Virus record (IMG/VR): IMGVR_UViG_3300009160_000051
Span: 1-57,925 of that record
DNA length: 57,925 nt
DNA from: a virus
Taxonomy: Duplodnaviria > Caudoviricetes
Reading direction: 5' to 3' (one strand)
A program made the translations under genes and the position numbers. Shown in pieces: positions 45,464 to 56,446 of this stretch; positions within the stretch are counted from its first letter, which is position 1; every line of letters begins with the position of its first letter. The notes below the pieces were generated by a model, which was given only the letters and a program-made list of their open reading frames with translations, did no database searches and was not told the origin of the DNA.

Positions 45464-47371
45464 ATGACGAAATACACAATGACTCCCTACAATGACTTCA
45501 TTGCCAAGAGCAGGTACTCCCGTTACATAGACGATCTTGGCAGACGAGAGCATTGGAGTGAGACAGTAACAAGATACTTTGACTTTATGACAGAGCATCT
45601 AAAAGATAAAAAGAATTACACGCTGACTCCTGAGCTACGTGCAGAGTTAGAACAAGCAGTAAAAGATTTAGATGTAGTGCCATCCATGAGAGCCGTCATG
45701 ACCTCTGGACCAGCACTAGAGAGACAGAACGTAGCAGCATTTAATTGTTCCTACTTACCTATCGATGACCCTAAAGCATTCGATGAAGCCATGTATATAC
45801 TCCTGTGTGGTACAGGTGTAGGATTTAGTGTGGAGAAAAAGTATGTATCTAGATTACCTGAAGTCCCTGATCGCATGTTCAGTAGTCAAACTACTATTGT
45901 TGTTTCGGATTCTAAAGAAGGATGGGCTAAATCACTTAGACAACTCATTGCTCTTCTGTACTCTGGCGAAGTTCCACAGTACGACTTACATAAAGTCCGT
46001 GAGGCAGGTGCAAGGCTTAAGACCTTTGGAGGCAGGGCATCTGGACCAAAACCCTTGGAAGACTTATTTAAGTTCGTCATTCTCAAATTCAAAGCTGCAG
46101 CTGGTAGACGTTTATCTTCCCTCGAATGCCATGACATTCTGTGCAAGATCGGGGAAGTTGTTGTTGTGGGTGGAGTACGCAGGTCAGCAATGATATCCCT
46201 GTCTGATTTGACAGACGATAACATGGCACATGCTAAAGCAGGTAACTGGTGGGATGGTCAAGGGCAACGTGCCTTGGCTAACAACTCTGCTGTGTATGAG
46301 GAGAAACCAAGCATTGGACACTTCATGAGGGAGTGGACATCAATTTACGAATCACATTCAGGTGAGAGAGGAATATTCAGCCGTGATGCATCTCAAAGAC
46401 AAGCTGCAAAAAATGGAAGGCGTGACAGTACGTATGAGTTTGGTACTAATCCTTGCTCAGAAATTATTCTTAGACCTTATCAGTTCTGTAATCTTTCTAG
46501 TTGCATTGTGCGTAGCAGTGATAGCATTGATACTCTATCCACCAAGATTCGCTTGGCAACTATTCTCGGAACATTTCAAGCGACCTTAACAGACTTCCCG
46601 TATCTACGTAAGATCTGGCAGAAGAACACAGAAGAAGAAGCATTGCTTGGTGTGTCAATGACTGGTATCCTTGACAATGCTTTATTAAATAATCCAGATG
46701 ATCTGGAACTACCTAAACGATTGGAGACACTCCGTGATATTGCTATTGCTACTAATGCTGAATACGCTGCTGCCATTGGAATTAATCAGAGTGTGGCTGT
46801 CACAGCTGTTAAACCCGAAGGTACAGTGTCACAGCTTTGTAGTACTGCCTCTGGCATTCATCCTCAGCACAGTCAATATTACATACGTAGGGTACGTGCT
46901 GATAACAAGGACCCTTTAACACAGTTTATGATTCAGGCTGGATTCGTAGCAGAGCCATGCTTCATGAAACCTGAGAGCACTACTGTGTTTAGTTTCCCTG
47001 TGAAGGTTGCAGATGGTGCACTGTTACGTGAAGACTTATCTGCTATCCAACACTTGAAACTGTGGCTACTATTCCAACGTCACTACTGTGAACACAAGCC
47101 GTCTGTCACAATCTCTGTGAAGGAAGACGAGTGGATGCAGGTAGGTGCTTGGGTATATGAACACTTTGATGAGGTCACAGGGGTATCTTTCCTGCCTATG
47201 GATGGTGGCACATACAAGCAAGCCCCGTATGAAGAGTGTACAGAAGAGGAGTACAATAAGTTGAAGCTGTTAGTACCTGAGTCAGTAGACTGGGGTAACT
47301 TCAAAGAGTATGACGATAACGTAGAAGGTGCACAGATGTTGTCTTGCACTGCAGGTGGTTGCAGTATCTAA
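45464..47371 (+). CDS. nrdJ: ribonucleotide reductase, class II (adenosylcobalamin-dependent)
   Basis: FNCSY, GGVRRSA.I, TNPCSEI, VKPEGTVS, C-terminal CTAGGC; no small-subunit gene in the window. Confidence 0.88.
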   Translation: MTKYTMTPYNDFIAKSRYSRYIDDLGRREHWSETVTRYFDFMTEHLKDKKNYTLTPELRAELEQAVKDLDVVPSMRAVMTSGPALERQNVAAFNCSYLPIDDPKAFDEAMYILLCGTGVGFSVEKKYVSRLPEVPDRMFSSQTTIVVSDSKEGWAKSLRQLIALLYSGEVPQYDLHKVREAGARLKTFGGRASGPKPLEDLFKFVILKFKAAAGRRLSSLECHDILCKIGEVVVVGGVRRSAMISLSDLTDDNMAHAKAGNWWDGQGQRALANNSAVYEEKPSIGHFMREWTSIYESHSGERGIFSRDASQRQAAKNGRRDSTYEFGTNPCSEIILRPYQFCNLSSCIVRSSDSIDTLSTKIRLATILGTFQATLTDFPYLRKIWQKNTEEEALLGVSMTGILDNALLNNPDDLELPKRLETLRDIAIATNAEYAAAIGINQSVAVTAVKPEGTVSQLCSTASGIHPQHSQYYIRRVRADNKDPLTQFMIQAGFVAEPCFMKPESTTVFSFPVKVADGALLREDLSAIQHLKLWLLFQRHYCEHKPSVTISVKEDEWMQVGAWVYEHFDEVTGVSFLPMDGGTYKQAPYEECTEEEYNKLKLLVPESVDWGNFKEYDDNVEGAQMLSCTAGGCSI

Positions 47372-47432
47372 GTAACACTGGTTGTGGGGTACCAGCACAG
47401 AAACCCCACACACTTCTTATGAAAGAGATATC

Positions 47433-47690
47433 ATGAACCGCTATAGAATTGCAGAAGAATACCCAGACGTAAGGCTTATGATGCTAGAGCCTAGTTACTT
47501 TGACAAAGCTATTGTGGGTGTAGTACAGAGAACCAATCAGGTACAAGCCATTTGTTATGATGCAGATAAGTGCATTAAACTATTAGCTAAGTACGAGAAG
47601 ATATCGGAGGATGATGCAGTAGAGTACTTCGAGTACAACACACAGGGTTCATACGTAGGTGAACACACCCCTGTGTTTCTTTATCGATAG
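47433..47690 (+). CDS. hypothetical protein
   Basis: FD.AI.G...YD..K.I...A.EYFEYN..G.YVGE.TP motif. Confidence 0.7.
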   Translation: MNRYRIAEEYPDVRLMMLEPSYFDKAIVGVVQRTNQVQAICYDADKCIKLLAKYEKISEDDAVEYFEYNTQGSYVGEHTPVFLYR

Positions 47691-50600
47691 CGTTGGATGA
47701 TAGCTTCGTACTTGTATACTTGTCCGTAGTCTTTAGTAGCATCCATTGATTTACCATCATGCTCTGCAGCATATAGTTCATTTATAGCTCTACGGGCAAC
47801 GGCAGGTAACTTGTTAAAGCGTAGTTGATTTACACGATCACGATCCGATACAGTCATCTTAGCCTGTGTAATCTCTCGTGAGATACCTAGTGTCTCTTGC
47901 ATGGTAGTGATAGCAGCTAGTCTCTTCTGATCCAGTGTATAACCTTTGTATCTATCACTGTTAATCAAGTCAGTCATGCGTTTCTCTACCAAAGGTACTG
48001 ACTCTTTAATAAAGGCACGATCATATACTTTATCACCTGTGCTACCAAAGATCGCATACGGATCTAAGTTAAGTTTGACAAACTCTTTTTCAACTAGGGG
48101 TTTAGATGGGACAAGTCTCATACCAGTTAGTGTGTTAAAGAATTCACCAGCACGAACAGGTGCCTTGTTAGAGAAGTAAGGTTGGAACTCAGGCAACTCT
48201 TCTTTGAGTTCAGGTAACTTAGCCATCACCCTTTGAACAGCAGCTTGCTGGAATTTATCATCTGATGTAATCACATTAGGATCTCTAGCAATCTGTCCCT
48301 CAGCATCAAACAAATCTAGATACTCAAACACAGGCTTGCCGGGTGTAGTAAACCTACCCATGAAATCACCAAGCAATCTACCTAATGCAACAGATACTTT
48401 GTCTGCATCCTTACCCTCAGAACCCGCAATGTATTGTGGTAACTGGTCTAGCAAATAAGACTGAGTACCAGCAGGCATCTTCATACCTGCAATAGTAGAA
48501 GCTAGTTCTGATAGCTTAGCATCTTCAGGTCTACCTGTCTTTTGCTTAGCAATAAAATCCCCTACAGCTAAGTATGGACCTAGTGGGAATAGTGCTCTTG
48601 TGTCTGTCGTACTTCCATCAGCATTCTTAATGTTGTACCATTCTTCATCTTGATGATCCATACGATACTTGTATGCAGCATAGATAGCAGCAGTACCTAC
48701 AACACCTTTACTGGTCTTCTCTAAGCCTTGGTTTAACAGGGCATACCCACCCTCTTCACCTTTAGCTAACTTAGCTGCACCACTTGCCATATCCACAGCA
48801 CCTGATGCAGTACCCAGTGGGCTATGCCTATACTGGAATGCAATGGCATTAGACATGAATCTAGGGAAGGTTACGATTAAAGAACCACCGGGAAGCTTCT
48901 CAAAGAAACTAACAAAGTCATGTGCCAAGTTCTCTGAGACTGCTTCTAAGCTCTTGTCACCTGCTTTCTGTTGCTTAGGCATGTAGGAGAAGGTAGCCTT
49001 TAAAGTCTCGTCTGTGGCGTTTTTAAGTATGTCTACGGGGATGTCTTTGTTATTGGCTAACAGATCCATCATGTCTATACCCACACGGTTAAGCTGTCTC
49101 TGTACGCTTGATGCAAAGATAGCCCGTCTAAAGAAAGCATCCTGTGCTACGTTAAGTGTATTCACAGTACGTGCTACCTTACTGAGATCACTTGTTGTGC
49201 TCTCTTGAAGTGCACTGAATAGCTGGTTCTGTAAACGTGGGTTATTCTTAAGGATAGCATCTACAGTTTCTGCAGTTAAACCTGCATTAGACATATATCC
49301 AATAGTAGCAAAGGAGTCCTTGACTGTGTCTACTAAACCCTTGGAGATATCACCTTTTTGATATGTTCCTGTAGCCATACCTGTGATAGCTTTACCTGTG
49401 GTATAGATAGCACCATCGATTAAATTAGCTGCAGCATCCATTGTCATAGCACCACTAGTGCCTAACACGTTACGTATAGTAGTGCCAAGACCTGATACTA
49501 CAATAGCCTTAGACTCTCGCTCTAAACGATTGATAGCACGTAAGGCATTACCCATAATAGACGGGGCTTCAATGTCCTTACCATACAATTCATTGACTAG
49601 CTTCTCTGCTTCAGGATCTAGCTGTGCTACCTTCTTGAGAGTACGAGCAAGTGCAGAGTATCCCTGCATCACATTAGCTGCATCAGCTACAGTAGTACGA
49701 GTAGCCTTAGCAAAATCTTCTGGAGTTAAGTTAGCCTTCTTAAGTGCAGCATCGATGACATCATTGTCAATGTTATCCATTGAACTAAATACATTCTTAA
49801 CTGCATCACTTACCTTCTGCCCATTGACAGGTCTAAACTCAGGAGCTAGCATCATGACATACTTAGCTACATCAATAGCCTTACGATTAATGTCAGTACG
49901 GATTTGTGATTGAGTTAAGTCTGTAGGTGCAGATAAGTCATCGAGTATCTTACGACCTTCAAAAATATCAAACTCATTTAATAAATCTTCTTGTGATTTA
50001 TCAAAGGATTCATTTAACTTCTTAGTTGCAGGATCTACAATACCAGTTTTAGATTTCTTACCTGCAAGAATATCTTCTAGTTCTTTTTTAGTAGTAGTAA
50101 TCTTACCCTTAATTGCAGTAGCAGCTTCAGCACCACCACCGAATGCACTCAGTGCAGAGGCAATACCTAACTGTAGGTAGTCTAACTCATCCTTTTGAAC
50201 ACCAGTCTTACGCTTCACATCCTGATCAATTACATTCTGACCAGCACCGATAACTGTTTCAGCACCTGCTGCGGCACCAATGGTCTTTAGTTTAGAGCTA
50301 AGCACATTCTTGATTGCTTGTCTTGCTACTGCATACCTAGCACTAGCACCAATACCAGCACTAAGAATATTAGTAGGTTCACTGACTGCAGATAAAACAC
50401 TTTCTGCAAAAGGTCTAACACCCGGCTGTCCACCTGACTCATAGAAAGATGGAACAGCATCATACAAATTGTGAGCACGAGCAGCTTTAATTACATCCTC
50501 TGGCTTAGCATTGTTTAACCAGTTTAATTCAGGAACAGCATTCAGGGAAGTGTTCCACTCTACCTGTCTCATGGATGTCATGAAACGCTTAGCATAGTCC

Positions 50601-50950
50601 TCGTCAGATTCTTTAGGAAGTTGCTTACCTTCTTCACCGAAACGAGCTTCGGCATAATCACGAATGACTTTGAGATTCTCAGGTTGCTTATACAGGTCTT
50701 CAAACTTAATCTTAGATTCCTTACCTGCAGCACGTTCTTCTGGGGTACCCTTGATGCGTTGAATTTCTACATCAGACTGATACTTGTATTCTGCTGGTGG
50801 TTTAGCTACAGGTAAATCAAACTCAGAAGTAGGAATAGCTTCCCTAGTATTGTCTGTCTGTAAAGGAATAGCAGGTGCATTCTCAAATTCCTTTGGGGCA
50901 CCTTCTATCTGTACTTGTCCTGCTATAGGTAAATCGAATTCACTAGCCAT
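47681..50950 (-). CDS. large internal virion (ejection) protein
   Basis: 1089 aa, largely helical, last gene of the late block, a position typical of podovirus ejectosome proteins. Confidence 0.65.
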   Translation of the reverse strand: MASEFDLPIAGQVQIEGAPKEFENAPAIPLQTDNTREAIPTSEFDLPVAKPPAEYKYQSDVEIQRIKGTPEERAAGKESKIKFEDLYKQPENLKVIRDYAEARFGEEGKQLPKESDEDYAKRFMTSMRQVEWNTSLNAVPELNWLNNAKPEDVIKAARAHNLYDAVPSFYESGGQPGVRPFAESVLSAVSEPTNILSAGIGASARYAVARQAIKNVLSSKLKTIGAAAGAETVIGAGQNVIDQDVKRKTGVQKDELDYLQLGIASALSAFGGGAEAATAIKGKITTTKKELEDILAGKKSKTGIVDPATKKLNESFDKSQEDLLNEFDIFEGRKILDDLSAPTDLTQSQIRTDINRKAIDVAKYVMMLAPEFRPVNGQKVSDAVKNVFSSMDNIDNDVIDAALKKANLTPEDFAKATRTTVADAANVMQGYSALARTLKKVAQLDPEAEKLVNELYGKDIEAPSIMGNALRAINRLERESKAIVVSGLGTTIRNVLGTSGAMTMDAAANLIDGAIYTTGKAITGMATGTYQKGDISKGLVDTVKDSFATIGYMSNAGLTAETVDAILKNNPRLQNQLFSALQESTTSDLSKVARTVNTLNVAQDAFFRRAIFASSVQRQLNRVGIDMMDLLANNKDIPVDILKNATDETLKATFSYMPKQQKAGDKSLEAVSENLAHDFVSFFEKLPGGSLIVTFPRFMSNAIAFQYRHSPLGTASGAVDMASGAAKLAKGEEGGYALLNQGLEKTSKGVVGTAAIYAAYKYRMDHQDEEWYNIKNADGSTTDTRALFPLGPYLAVGDFIAKQKTGRPEDAKLSELASTIAGMKMPAGTQSYLLDQLPQYIAGSEGKDADKVSVALGRLLGDFMGRFTTPGKPVFEYLDLFDAEGQIARDPNVITSDDKFQQAAVQRVMAKLPELKEELPEFQPYFSNKAPVRAGEFFNTLTGMRLVPSKPLVEKEFVKLNLDPYAIFGSTGDKVYDRAFIKESVPLVEKRMTDLINSDRYKGYTLDQKRLAAITTMQETLGISREITQAKMTVSDRDRVNQLRFNKLPAVARRAINELYAAEHDGKSMDATKDYGQVYKYEAIIQRYR

Positions 50951-50968
50951 CTGACTTCCTTGTTGTTA

Positions 50969-52234
50969 TTATTGCCAGCTTGTACCATTCCAAGATTTGA
51001 TACTGCCATCAGCAGATTTATACTTTTGTCCCGGTACCAGCTTAGTGCCATCAATCTTGCCGTCTGCTGTTTTAGGAATAGCAATAGCTTCTTTAGATAC
51101 AGCTGCAGGTTTAGGTGGAGTAGCAGGTGTTTCTTCTTTCTTAATGGTAGGTTCTGTAGCTCCAGACTTCCAAGACTTTACCTTACCATCTTCAATGTTG
51201 GCATATGGTAATAGAGCATCCATTGAATTACGACCACCTATGATCTTGTTATCTTTGTCTAAGATACCTAAAGCAATAGCTTGTGCTTGGATTAGTTTAT
51301 TCTTATGCTCTTGATATCCTTTAACTGCTTCAGCATCACCAGAGATAACGATAGGTTCATTAGTCTGTGGGTCAATTCGTATAACACCCTTAACAACAAA
51401 TGGCTCTAAGCCAACACGTAGTGATGTATTAAACACAGAGTTAATCTGTGCTGCAGTACGAGGCTTACCATCATCCCCTTTTTCTTTATCAAACATGTTT
51501 TCAATGACAGCATTAGCACGTAGCTTAGCTAAAAGATTCTTGCTAGCAGTAGAGTTAATGTCTTCACCATTTGCAATACGATCACGTAACTGTGCTTGAA
51601 CATTTGCAAGGGTATCTGGGTTTTTAAACTGAGACAGATCAGCAGTACCTTCAATCTTAGCACCAGAATACTCTGGCATGTTACCTCTTAGTGCAGCCTT
51701 AGCACGTAACTCTTTTAGGTCTGCCCCAGTAGCTGTTGTAAACTCTTCTTGAGCTTGAGCATATGCAGGTGATTCAAATCCAAATGCACCTCTGACTACC
51801 TTCTGTGGTGCTTCTGCATCTGGCACAGCAACAGATGTAGCTTCTGTTATGTACTTATCAATAGCTTCTCTCTTTAATTCAGGAGTATCTTTAGCTAATC
51901 TAAATACTGTAGAGAAGTCAACTAGTTCTAAGTCTTTCTTTTCTTTTAAACTAGATACAACTTCTTTTGCTATTGCTGGTTTCTGTAGTAGTCCTACAAT
52001 CTGAGTAGGAGTAAAGCTACCACCTTTACTGTTAGTAAAGCCTGACAGCACTTCAGCAGTAGCCTTTAACTCATCTCGCTTAGTCCTAAGCTTTTCATCT
52101 TGCTCTCCTGCTGTCTTTTGTAATGTATCAAAGTCACGCAAAGCAGATTGACGAATCTCTTTATTTCGTTTATCAATGGCAGTAGCTGCACCCTCAGATG
52201 CTCCAGCTATTAATGCTCCAAAATCAAATCCCAT
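50969..52234 (-). CDS. internal virion protein
   Basis: MGFDFGALIAG.S.G N-terminus, helical, in the ejection cluster. Confidence 0.55.
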   Translation of the reverse strand: MGFDFGALIAGASEGAATAIDKRNKEIRQSALRDFDTLQKTAGEQDEKLRTKRDELKATAEVLSGFTNSKGGSFTPTQIVGLLQKPAIAKEVVSSLKEKKDLELVDFSTVFRLAKDTPELKREAIDKYITEATSVAVPDAEAPQKVVRGAFGFESPAYAQAQEEFTTATGADLKELRAKAALRGNMPEYSGAKIEGTADLSQFKNPDTLANVQAQLRDRIANGEDINSTASKNLLAKLRANAVIENMFDKEKGDDGKPRTAAQINSVFNTSLRVGLEPFVVKGVIRIDPQTNEPIVISGDAEAVKGYQEHKNKLIQAQAIALGILDKDNKIIGGRNSMDALLPYANIEDGKVKSWKSGATEPTIKKEETPATPPKPAAVSKEAIAIPKTADGKIDGTKLVPGQKYKSADGSIKSWNGTSWQ

Positions 52235-52235
52235 A

Positions 52236-52739
52236 TTATTCCACCATATCTTTCATCGGTTTAGCCATTAGACCTGTTGGTTTTTTAGGTTGTTCTTGAA
52301 CTGGCATTTCTGCCTTACTATTTTTACTTGCTAACATTTCTTGAACAGCTAGTTTAGCTTGACGTTGGGGGACAATATTCTCTTTGAGAATGTCTGTAAT
52401 GTTTTCTACATACGGAGTATTGTGCTCATCAGCTACAGCCATAATCAATTCTTCAATCACTGGCAGTACAAGAATACCTACGTCAATAGTATGTATGCCT
52501 TGCATAACACTAGTCTTCTGTAAGATACTAGCAATGTTACGAACAGGTAATCCAGACTCAACTAGATTTAATACTTCTTCATGATTCTCAGAAGTACCTA
52601 AAATTCTTTTAGTGTAGAACTCCATAGCATCTTCTATGGTAGTTAAGCTTGGAGGATTTTCCCAAGGTCTATTACCCGGCTCTGTCGTTAAAGACATACC
52701 GGGTATTGGTGCATTTACATACGAAGCATCTGCTGGCAT
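52236..52739 (-). CDS. virion-associated protein
   Basis: APIPGMSLT.EPG..PWE.PP motif, C-terminal GLMAK. Confidence 0.6.
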   Translation of the reverse strand: MPADASYVNAPIPGMSLTTEPGNRPWENPPSLTTIEDAMEFYTKRILGTSENHEEVLNLVESGLPVRNIASILQKTSVMQGIHTIDVGILVLPVIEELIMAVADEHNTPYVENITDILKENIVPQRQAKLAVQEMLASKNSKAEMPVQEQPKKPTGLMAKPMKDMVE

Positions 52740-52957
52740 TATTCTTTACCTCTTTGCTTTTTAGTTTCCATTCTTCTCTGTCTTAGTGCATACACAAACT
52801 CACCCACATTCTCGATAGCATCTCTTTGCTTACCTGTTTCTTTTTCTATCATTCCCTTGGGTGCTAATAGTCCTTTAGCCATATCAGCTTTGTCAGAAGT
52901 ATTGGACTTCTTACTCACGTACTCTTCAATTTTCTTTTTGTATATATCAAGGCTCAT
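52739..52957 (-). CDS. small protein
   Basis: 72 aa with KGLLAP, coupled to the next gene. Confidence 0.55.
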   Translation of the reverse strand: MSLDIYKKKIEEYVSKKSNTSDKADMAKGLLAPKGMIEKETGKQRDAIENVGEFVYALRQRRMETKKQRGKE

Positions 52958-53001
52958 TTTAAATACCTTTTAAATTTAAACTGTTCTGTCGTATTCGTCT
53001 G

Positions 53002-55131
53002 TTATCTGTCATATTCGTCTGTTATTTGATCAGAGGGCAAAGCACCAGAAGGGGTAAAGGTATCTCTCTCAAACAGACCACCAGCCCAGTTAATAATTCC
53101 CTTACCTGCGTTACCAGCAACACTGAAGATGTCACCTAAGAACTTACCACCTGTAGTGCCACTTAAAATGGTAGCAGCTGAAGTGCCAATGGTCTTAGTA
53201 ATCTCAGCATCCTTAGCCATAGTAGCTGCTAGGATTTGAGCATTAGCTGAGATCTCAGAAGTTGCAATCTTATTAACACGATCAGCAGCGGACTCAGCAG
53301 ACTTCCATGAGTATTCAATCTCATCACGGAACTGTTGCCACATGTTATTGTATTCTACCATAGTTACTTCCATTGCCTTGGTAGCATTGAACTCATTAGC
53401 TCTGTTAATAGCTGCAGTGTTAGCAGTAGAAATCTCTCTACGCCACTGAGCATTAGACTGATCAATCACTAAACGATTCTGTGCATTAAAGCTATCACGT
53501 TGATTCTGTACCTCAGCATTGAACTGCGAGACTGCATTTGTCTGCTGTGTATTAAACTGTGACATAGCATTTGTCTGTGTGGAGTTAAACTGTCCCACTT
53601 GTGTAGTCAAGTTAGCAAAGAACTGATCTGTCTGGTTCTGACTGCTAGCATTAAACTGACGAGAAGCATTCTCTGCAGCTGCATCTGTTAGGATAGACTG
53701 TACATTAGACTGTGCCTTGAACATCTCTGTCTGTTGCTCGTTAGCTAAGTTAGTCATGTCCATCTGTAGGAAAGACTGAGCATTAACTACAGCAGACTGT
53801 TGTCTATTGTTTAAGTTAGCAGTCTCTAAGTTAGCTATCTGTGCAGCATTAGCCATAACTAAAGCTTGATTGTTACTTAGATTAGCTAGGTCCATAGACT
53901 GAGCAAGTCTTGCATTCTCTAAAGCAATCTGCTGCTGGGCAGTAAAGTTTACATTAGCAATGTCAGCTACACGAGCAGCATTAGTTACACGAGTCTGAAA
54001 CTCTTGATCAAAGGATTGACCTAAGAATGCAGCACGTTGCTGTGCACTTAATACAGCTACTTGCTGTCTGTTAGATAGATTCTGTAATCCCATCTGCTGG
54101 TATGCTTGAGCATCTGCAGAAGCGATAGGTGTAGCAGCTTCGAGTGTAGCTTGAATGATAGCTTGACCTGCTAGGCTAGAAGCACCTAAACCTCTAGCTG
54201 CCATCTGTGCAGTAGCATTACGTAATGAAGCAGCAGCCCAAGCTGGAGGATTACCTGTTTCAAAGTTAGTCATCAGATTATCAAGCTGACCTTGAACTGT
54301 CATCTCTTTTGTAACTACTCCCTGTGCAGCTTCATTCTTAGCAAGGTTAGCTTCTACAGTAGCCATGTCTACAGCAGGACCAGTAACTAATTCACCAGTC
54401 TGTAGAGTACGACTTGGTGCATTCTGTACTTGTCCTGTGATACCTTGTGCAGCTTGTAGCTGACCTACCTGAGTTGCAGCAGGAGTAACTTGAGCAGCTT
54501 GAACCTGAGCCTGATCTGATACAGTACCCTGTGCAGCTTGAGTAGCAGCAGTTACAGCTTGCACTGTAGGTGCAGTAGATACAGATTGCATTGTAGCTGC
54601 AGGAGTTACAGTGGGTGCAGTAACTGTGGAGACTGTAGGTGCAGTAGCAGCAGTGACTGTGTTTGCCTGTGTAGGGGCTAACTGTGTATCAAGTGTCTGC
54701 CCAGCTTGAACTGCTTGTAATGCAGGTGCTACTTGAGCAACTTGGGGTTGAATAGGAATACCAGTAGTTGCATTGATAGTAGTCTTACCTGCAGGCGTAT
54801 TTGTTGTAGGTGTATTTGTCGGAGCAAAATTATCAACAGGACTAGGCATAGCACCTACAACAGAATCCGCAGGCATCCATTCACCTCTAGTTTCACTCCA
54901 AACAGTTCCCGGAGGAGGTCCATTACCCGGCTCAAATTTACTTACTGCCCCACCATCAGCCATCTTTACCATGCCACCACGAGCCATGAACTTCTCTACG
55001 ATAGTGCCATACTTCTGTGCATCAGAAGGAGTAGATTTAAGATACTCATCAAACATATTCATAGGACCTTCGTAACCCATCCTACGGGCTACTACTTCCT
55101 TTTGTTTTGATGTAAATGATTTATCTGCCAT
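53002..55131 (-). CDS. Ala/Gln/Asn-rich internal virion protein
   Basis: Long QFNA/NQQ coiled-coil repeats; MARGG and MADGG tags near the N-terminus. Confidence 0.65.
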   Translation of the reverse strand: MADKSFTSKQKEVVARRMGYEGPMNMFDEYLKSTPSDAQKYGTIVEKFMARGGMVKMADGGAVSKFEPGNGPPPGTVWSETRGEWMPADSVVGAMPSPVDNFAPTNTPTTNTPAGKTTINATTGIPIQPQVAQVAPALQAVQAGQTLDTQLAPTQANTVTAATAPTVSTVTAPTVTPAATMQSVSTAPTVQAVTAATQAAQGTVSDQAQVQAAQVTPAATQVGQLQAAQGITGQVQNAPSRTLQTGELVTGPAVDMATVEANLAKNEAAQGVVTKEMTVQGQLDNLMTNFETGNPPAWAAASLRNATAQMAARGLGASSLAGQAIIQATLEAATPIASADAQAYQQMGLQNLSNRQQVAVLSAQQRAAFLGQSFDQEFQTRVTNAARVADIANVNFTAQQQIALENARLAQSMDLANLSNNQALVMANAAQIANLETANLNNRQQSAVVNAQSFLQMDMTNLANEQQTEMFKAQSNVQSILTDAAAENASRQFNASSQNQTDQFFANLTTQVGQFNSTQTNAMSQFNTQQTNAVSQFNAEVQNQRDSFNAQNRLVIDQSNAQWRREISTANTAAINRANEFNATKAMEVTMVEYNNMWQQFRDEIEYSWKSAESAADRVNKIATSEISANAQILAATMAKDAEITKTIGTSAATILSGTTGGKFLGDIFSVAGNAGKGIINWAGGLFERDTFTPSGALPSDQITDEYDR

Positions 55132-55143
55132 AATGTGAAAACC

Positions 55144-55578
55144 CTAAGAGAATATTCTAGTACCAGCTTTGTCTATAATTAATGCTTGTTTACGTGGTTT
55201 AGTTTCAATAGTGTTAGGAACGCTTATATGAGTCCATGACGAAAATTCTTCTATGACTTGATCATACCCTATGTCAGATGCAATGATAGCCTCTACGACC
55301 TGTTTAGGGGTCATGCCGGGGACACGGATATCTGCAGCACAGCCTATACGATGTTGGCTGGAGTCTTTCGATCCAACAGAATCATTCACAGGCTTAGACC
55401 TAAAGCCGGAGTTTAACATAATAGGTTTATTAAGTAAAGATCTTACCTGTTCTAATAGGGCAGCTAGCCTAGTTAAGTTAGCTATCTCACTAGCGTTAGG
55501 AGTGTTATCTAAGTTCTTACGCTCAGCTACTTCAGAGCGAGTTAGTTCTTCAAGACTAAAGTGTTCACTTAGTTGCAT
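55144..55578 (-). CDS. endolysin, peptidase M15A family
   Basis: LSEHFSL.E, SGFR....N..VG....SQH..G.AAD, WTHIS. Confidence 0.9.
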   Translation of the reverse strand: MQLSEHFSLEELTRSEVAERKNLDNTPNASEIANLTRLAALLEQVRSLLNKPIMLNSGFRSKPVNDSVGSKDSSQHRIGCAADIRVPGMTPKQVVEAIIASDIGYDQVIEEFSSWTHISVPNTIETKPRKQALIIDKAGTRIFS

Positions 55579-55978
55579 CTTTATCCTTAGATCTCATGTC
55601 CATTATCTTCTCCAGAGTACGACCCCCGAAATAGAATGACATAATTAACATACCCCATTGACCTAGTAACTGTACATATTCTCCTGTAACTTCAATCTTT
55701 GCAGCAGACAAACCAGCAAAGATAAAGTACCCAGCAAGAATAGCAATCAAAGTCATAGGTCTAATGTTCTTAGATAGCCATGAGTCACTAGCCATGTCAG
55801 CTTGGAGTCTAGCTGTGAGTTCATGCTGCTCTGCCATATCTGCATTGATCTGGGCTAACTCACCATTCTGTTGCATCTCTAAGAGTTTTAGTTTAGCCTG
55901 CTCTGCCTGTGCTGGATCAGGGAATACTTTGTCTAAAATCTTACCACCAATATCTAGTAACGCACCTAATGGAAACAT
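55565..55978 (-). CDS. holin (3TM / GTA-holin-like)
   Basis: ILDKVFPDP...SWLSKNIRP...YFGGRTLEK; adjacent to the endolysin. Confidence 0.8.
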   Translation of the reverse strand: MFPLGALLDIGGKILDKVFPDPAQAEQAKLKLLEMQQNGELAQINADMAEQHELTARLQADMASDSWLSKNIRPMTLIAILAGYFIFAGLSAAKIEVTGEYVQLLGQWGMLIMSFYFGGRTLEKIMDMRSKDKDATK

Positions 55979-55987
55979 TATCTTCTC

Positions 55988-56440
55988 CTAAATTTTATAA
56001 CCCCAAGTGAGGTACCATGCAATAACTGCAGCAGCTGCAAAGCAATAGAACTGAACTCTACGAACTGCTTTGAGATCATGCTGATACTCTTCGTTGTTCT
56101 TTCTTTCAAGATTTTCTATATCTAATTTAATTTTGAGTACCGCTTCCCATTCTTTAGCACCATGTTTTTTAACAAAGTCTATCTTTAATCTTGCCTCTTC
56201 ATCAGAGATTTGTTTCTTATGCTTCCACTGATTTAGTGCTTTGAGCAATGCTTGCTCTTTCTTAAACTCTGCTTCTCTTCTTGCTCTATTTCTTTCTTGT
56301 GCTTGCTTCTGGGCTACATCGATAACATCATGCTGTATGTTCTCTATACTTTTAGATAAGCCCTTAGTTGCTTCTCTAGTAGAATCTAAAGATCCACTAA
56401 GAGCCTTTACTCCTTCGGATAAACCATATGGATCTGGCAT
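55988..56440 (-). CDS. coiled-coil protein with C-terminal TM helix
   Basis: Located in the lysis cluster; hydrophobic C-terminus. Confidence 0.55.
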   Translation of the reverse strand: MPDPYGLSEGVKALSGSLDSTREATKGLSKSIENIQHDVIDVAQKQAQERNRARREAEFKKEQALLKALNQWKHKKQISDEEARLKIDFVKKHGAKEWEAVLKIKLDIENLERKNNEEYQHDLKAVRRVQFYCFAAAAVIAWYLTWGYKI

Positions 56441-56446
56441 TATTCA

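Noticed and set aside
47681-50950. N4-like virion RNA polymerase that would explain the hairpins
   Set aside because: Only 1089 aa and I see no recognisable T7-like or multisubunit RNAP catalytic motifs; a structure search is needed to exclude it fully
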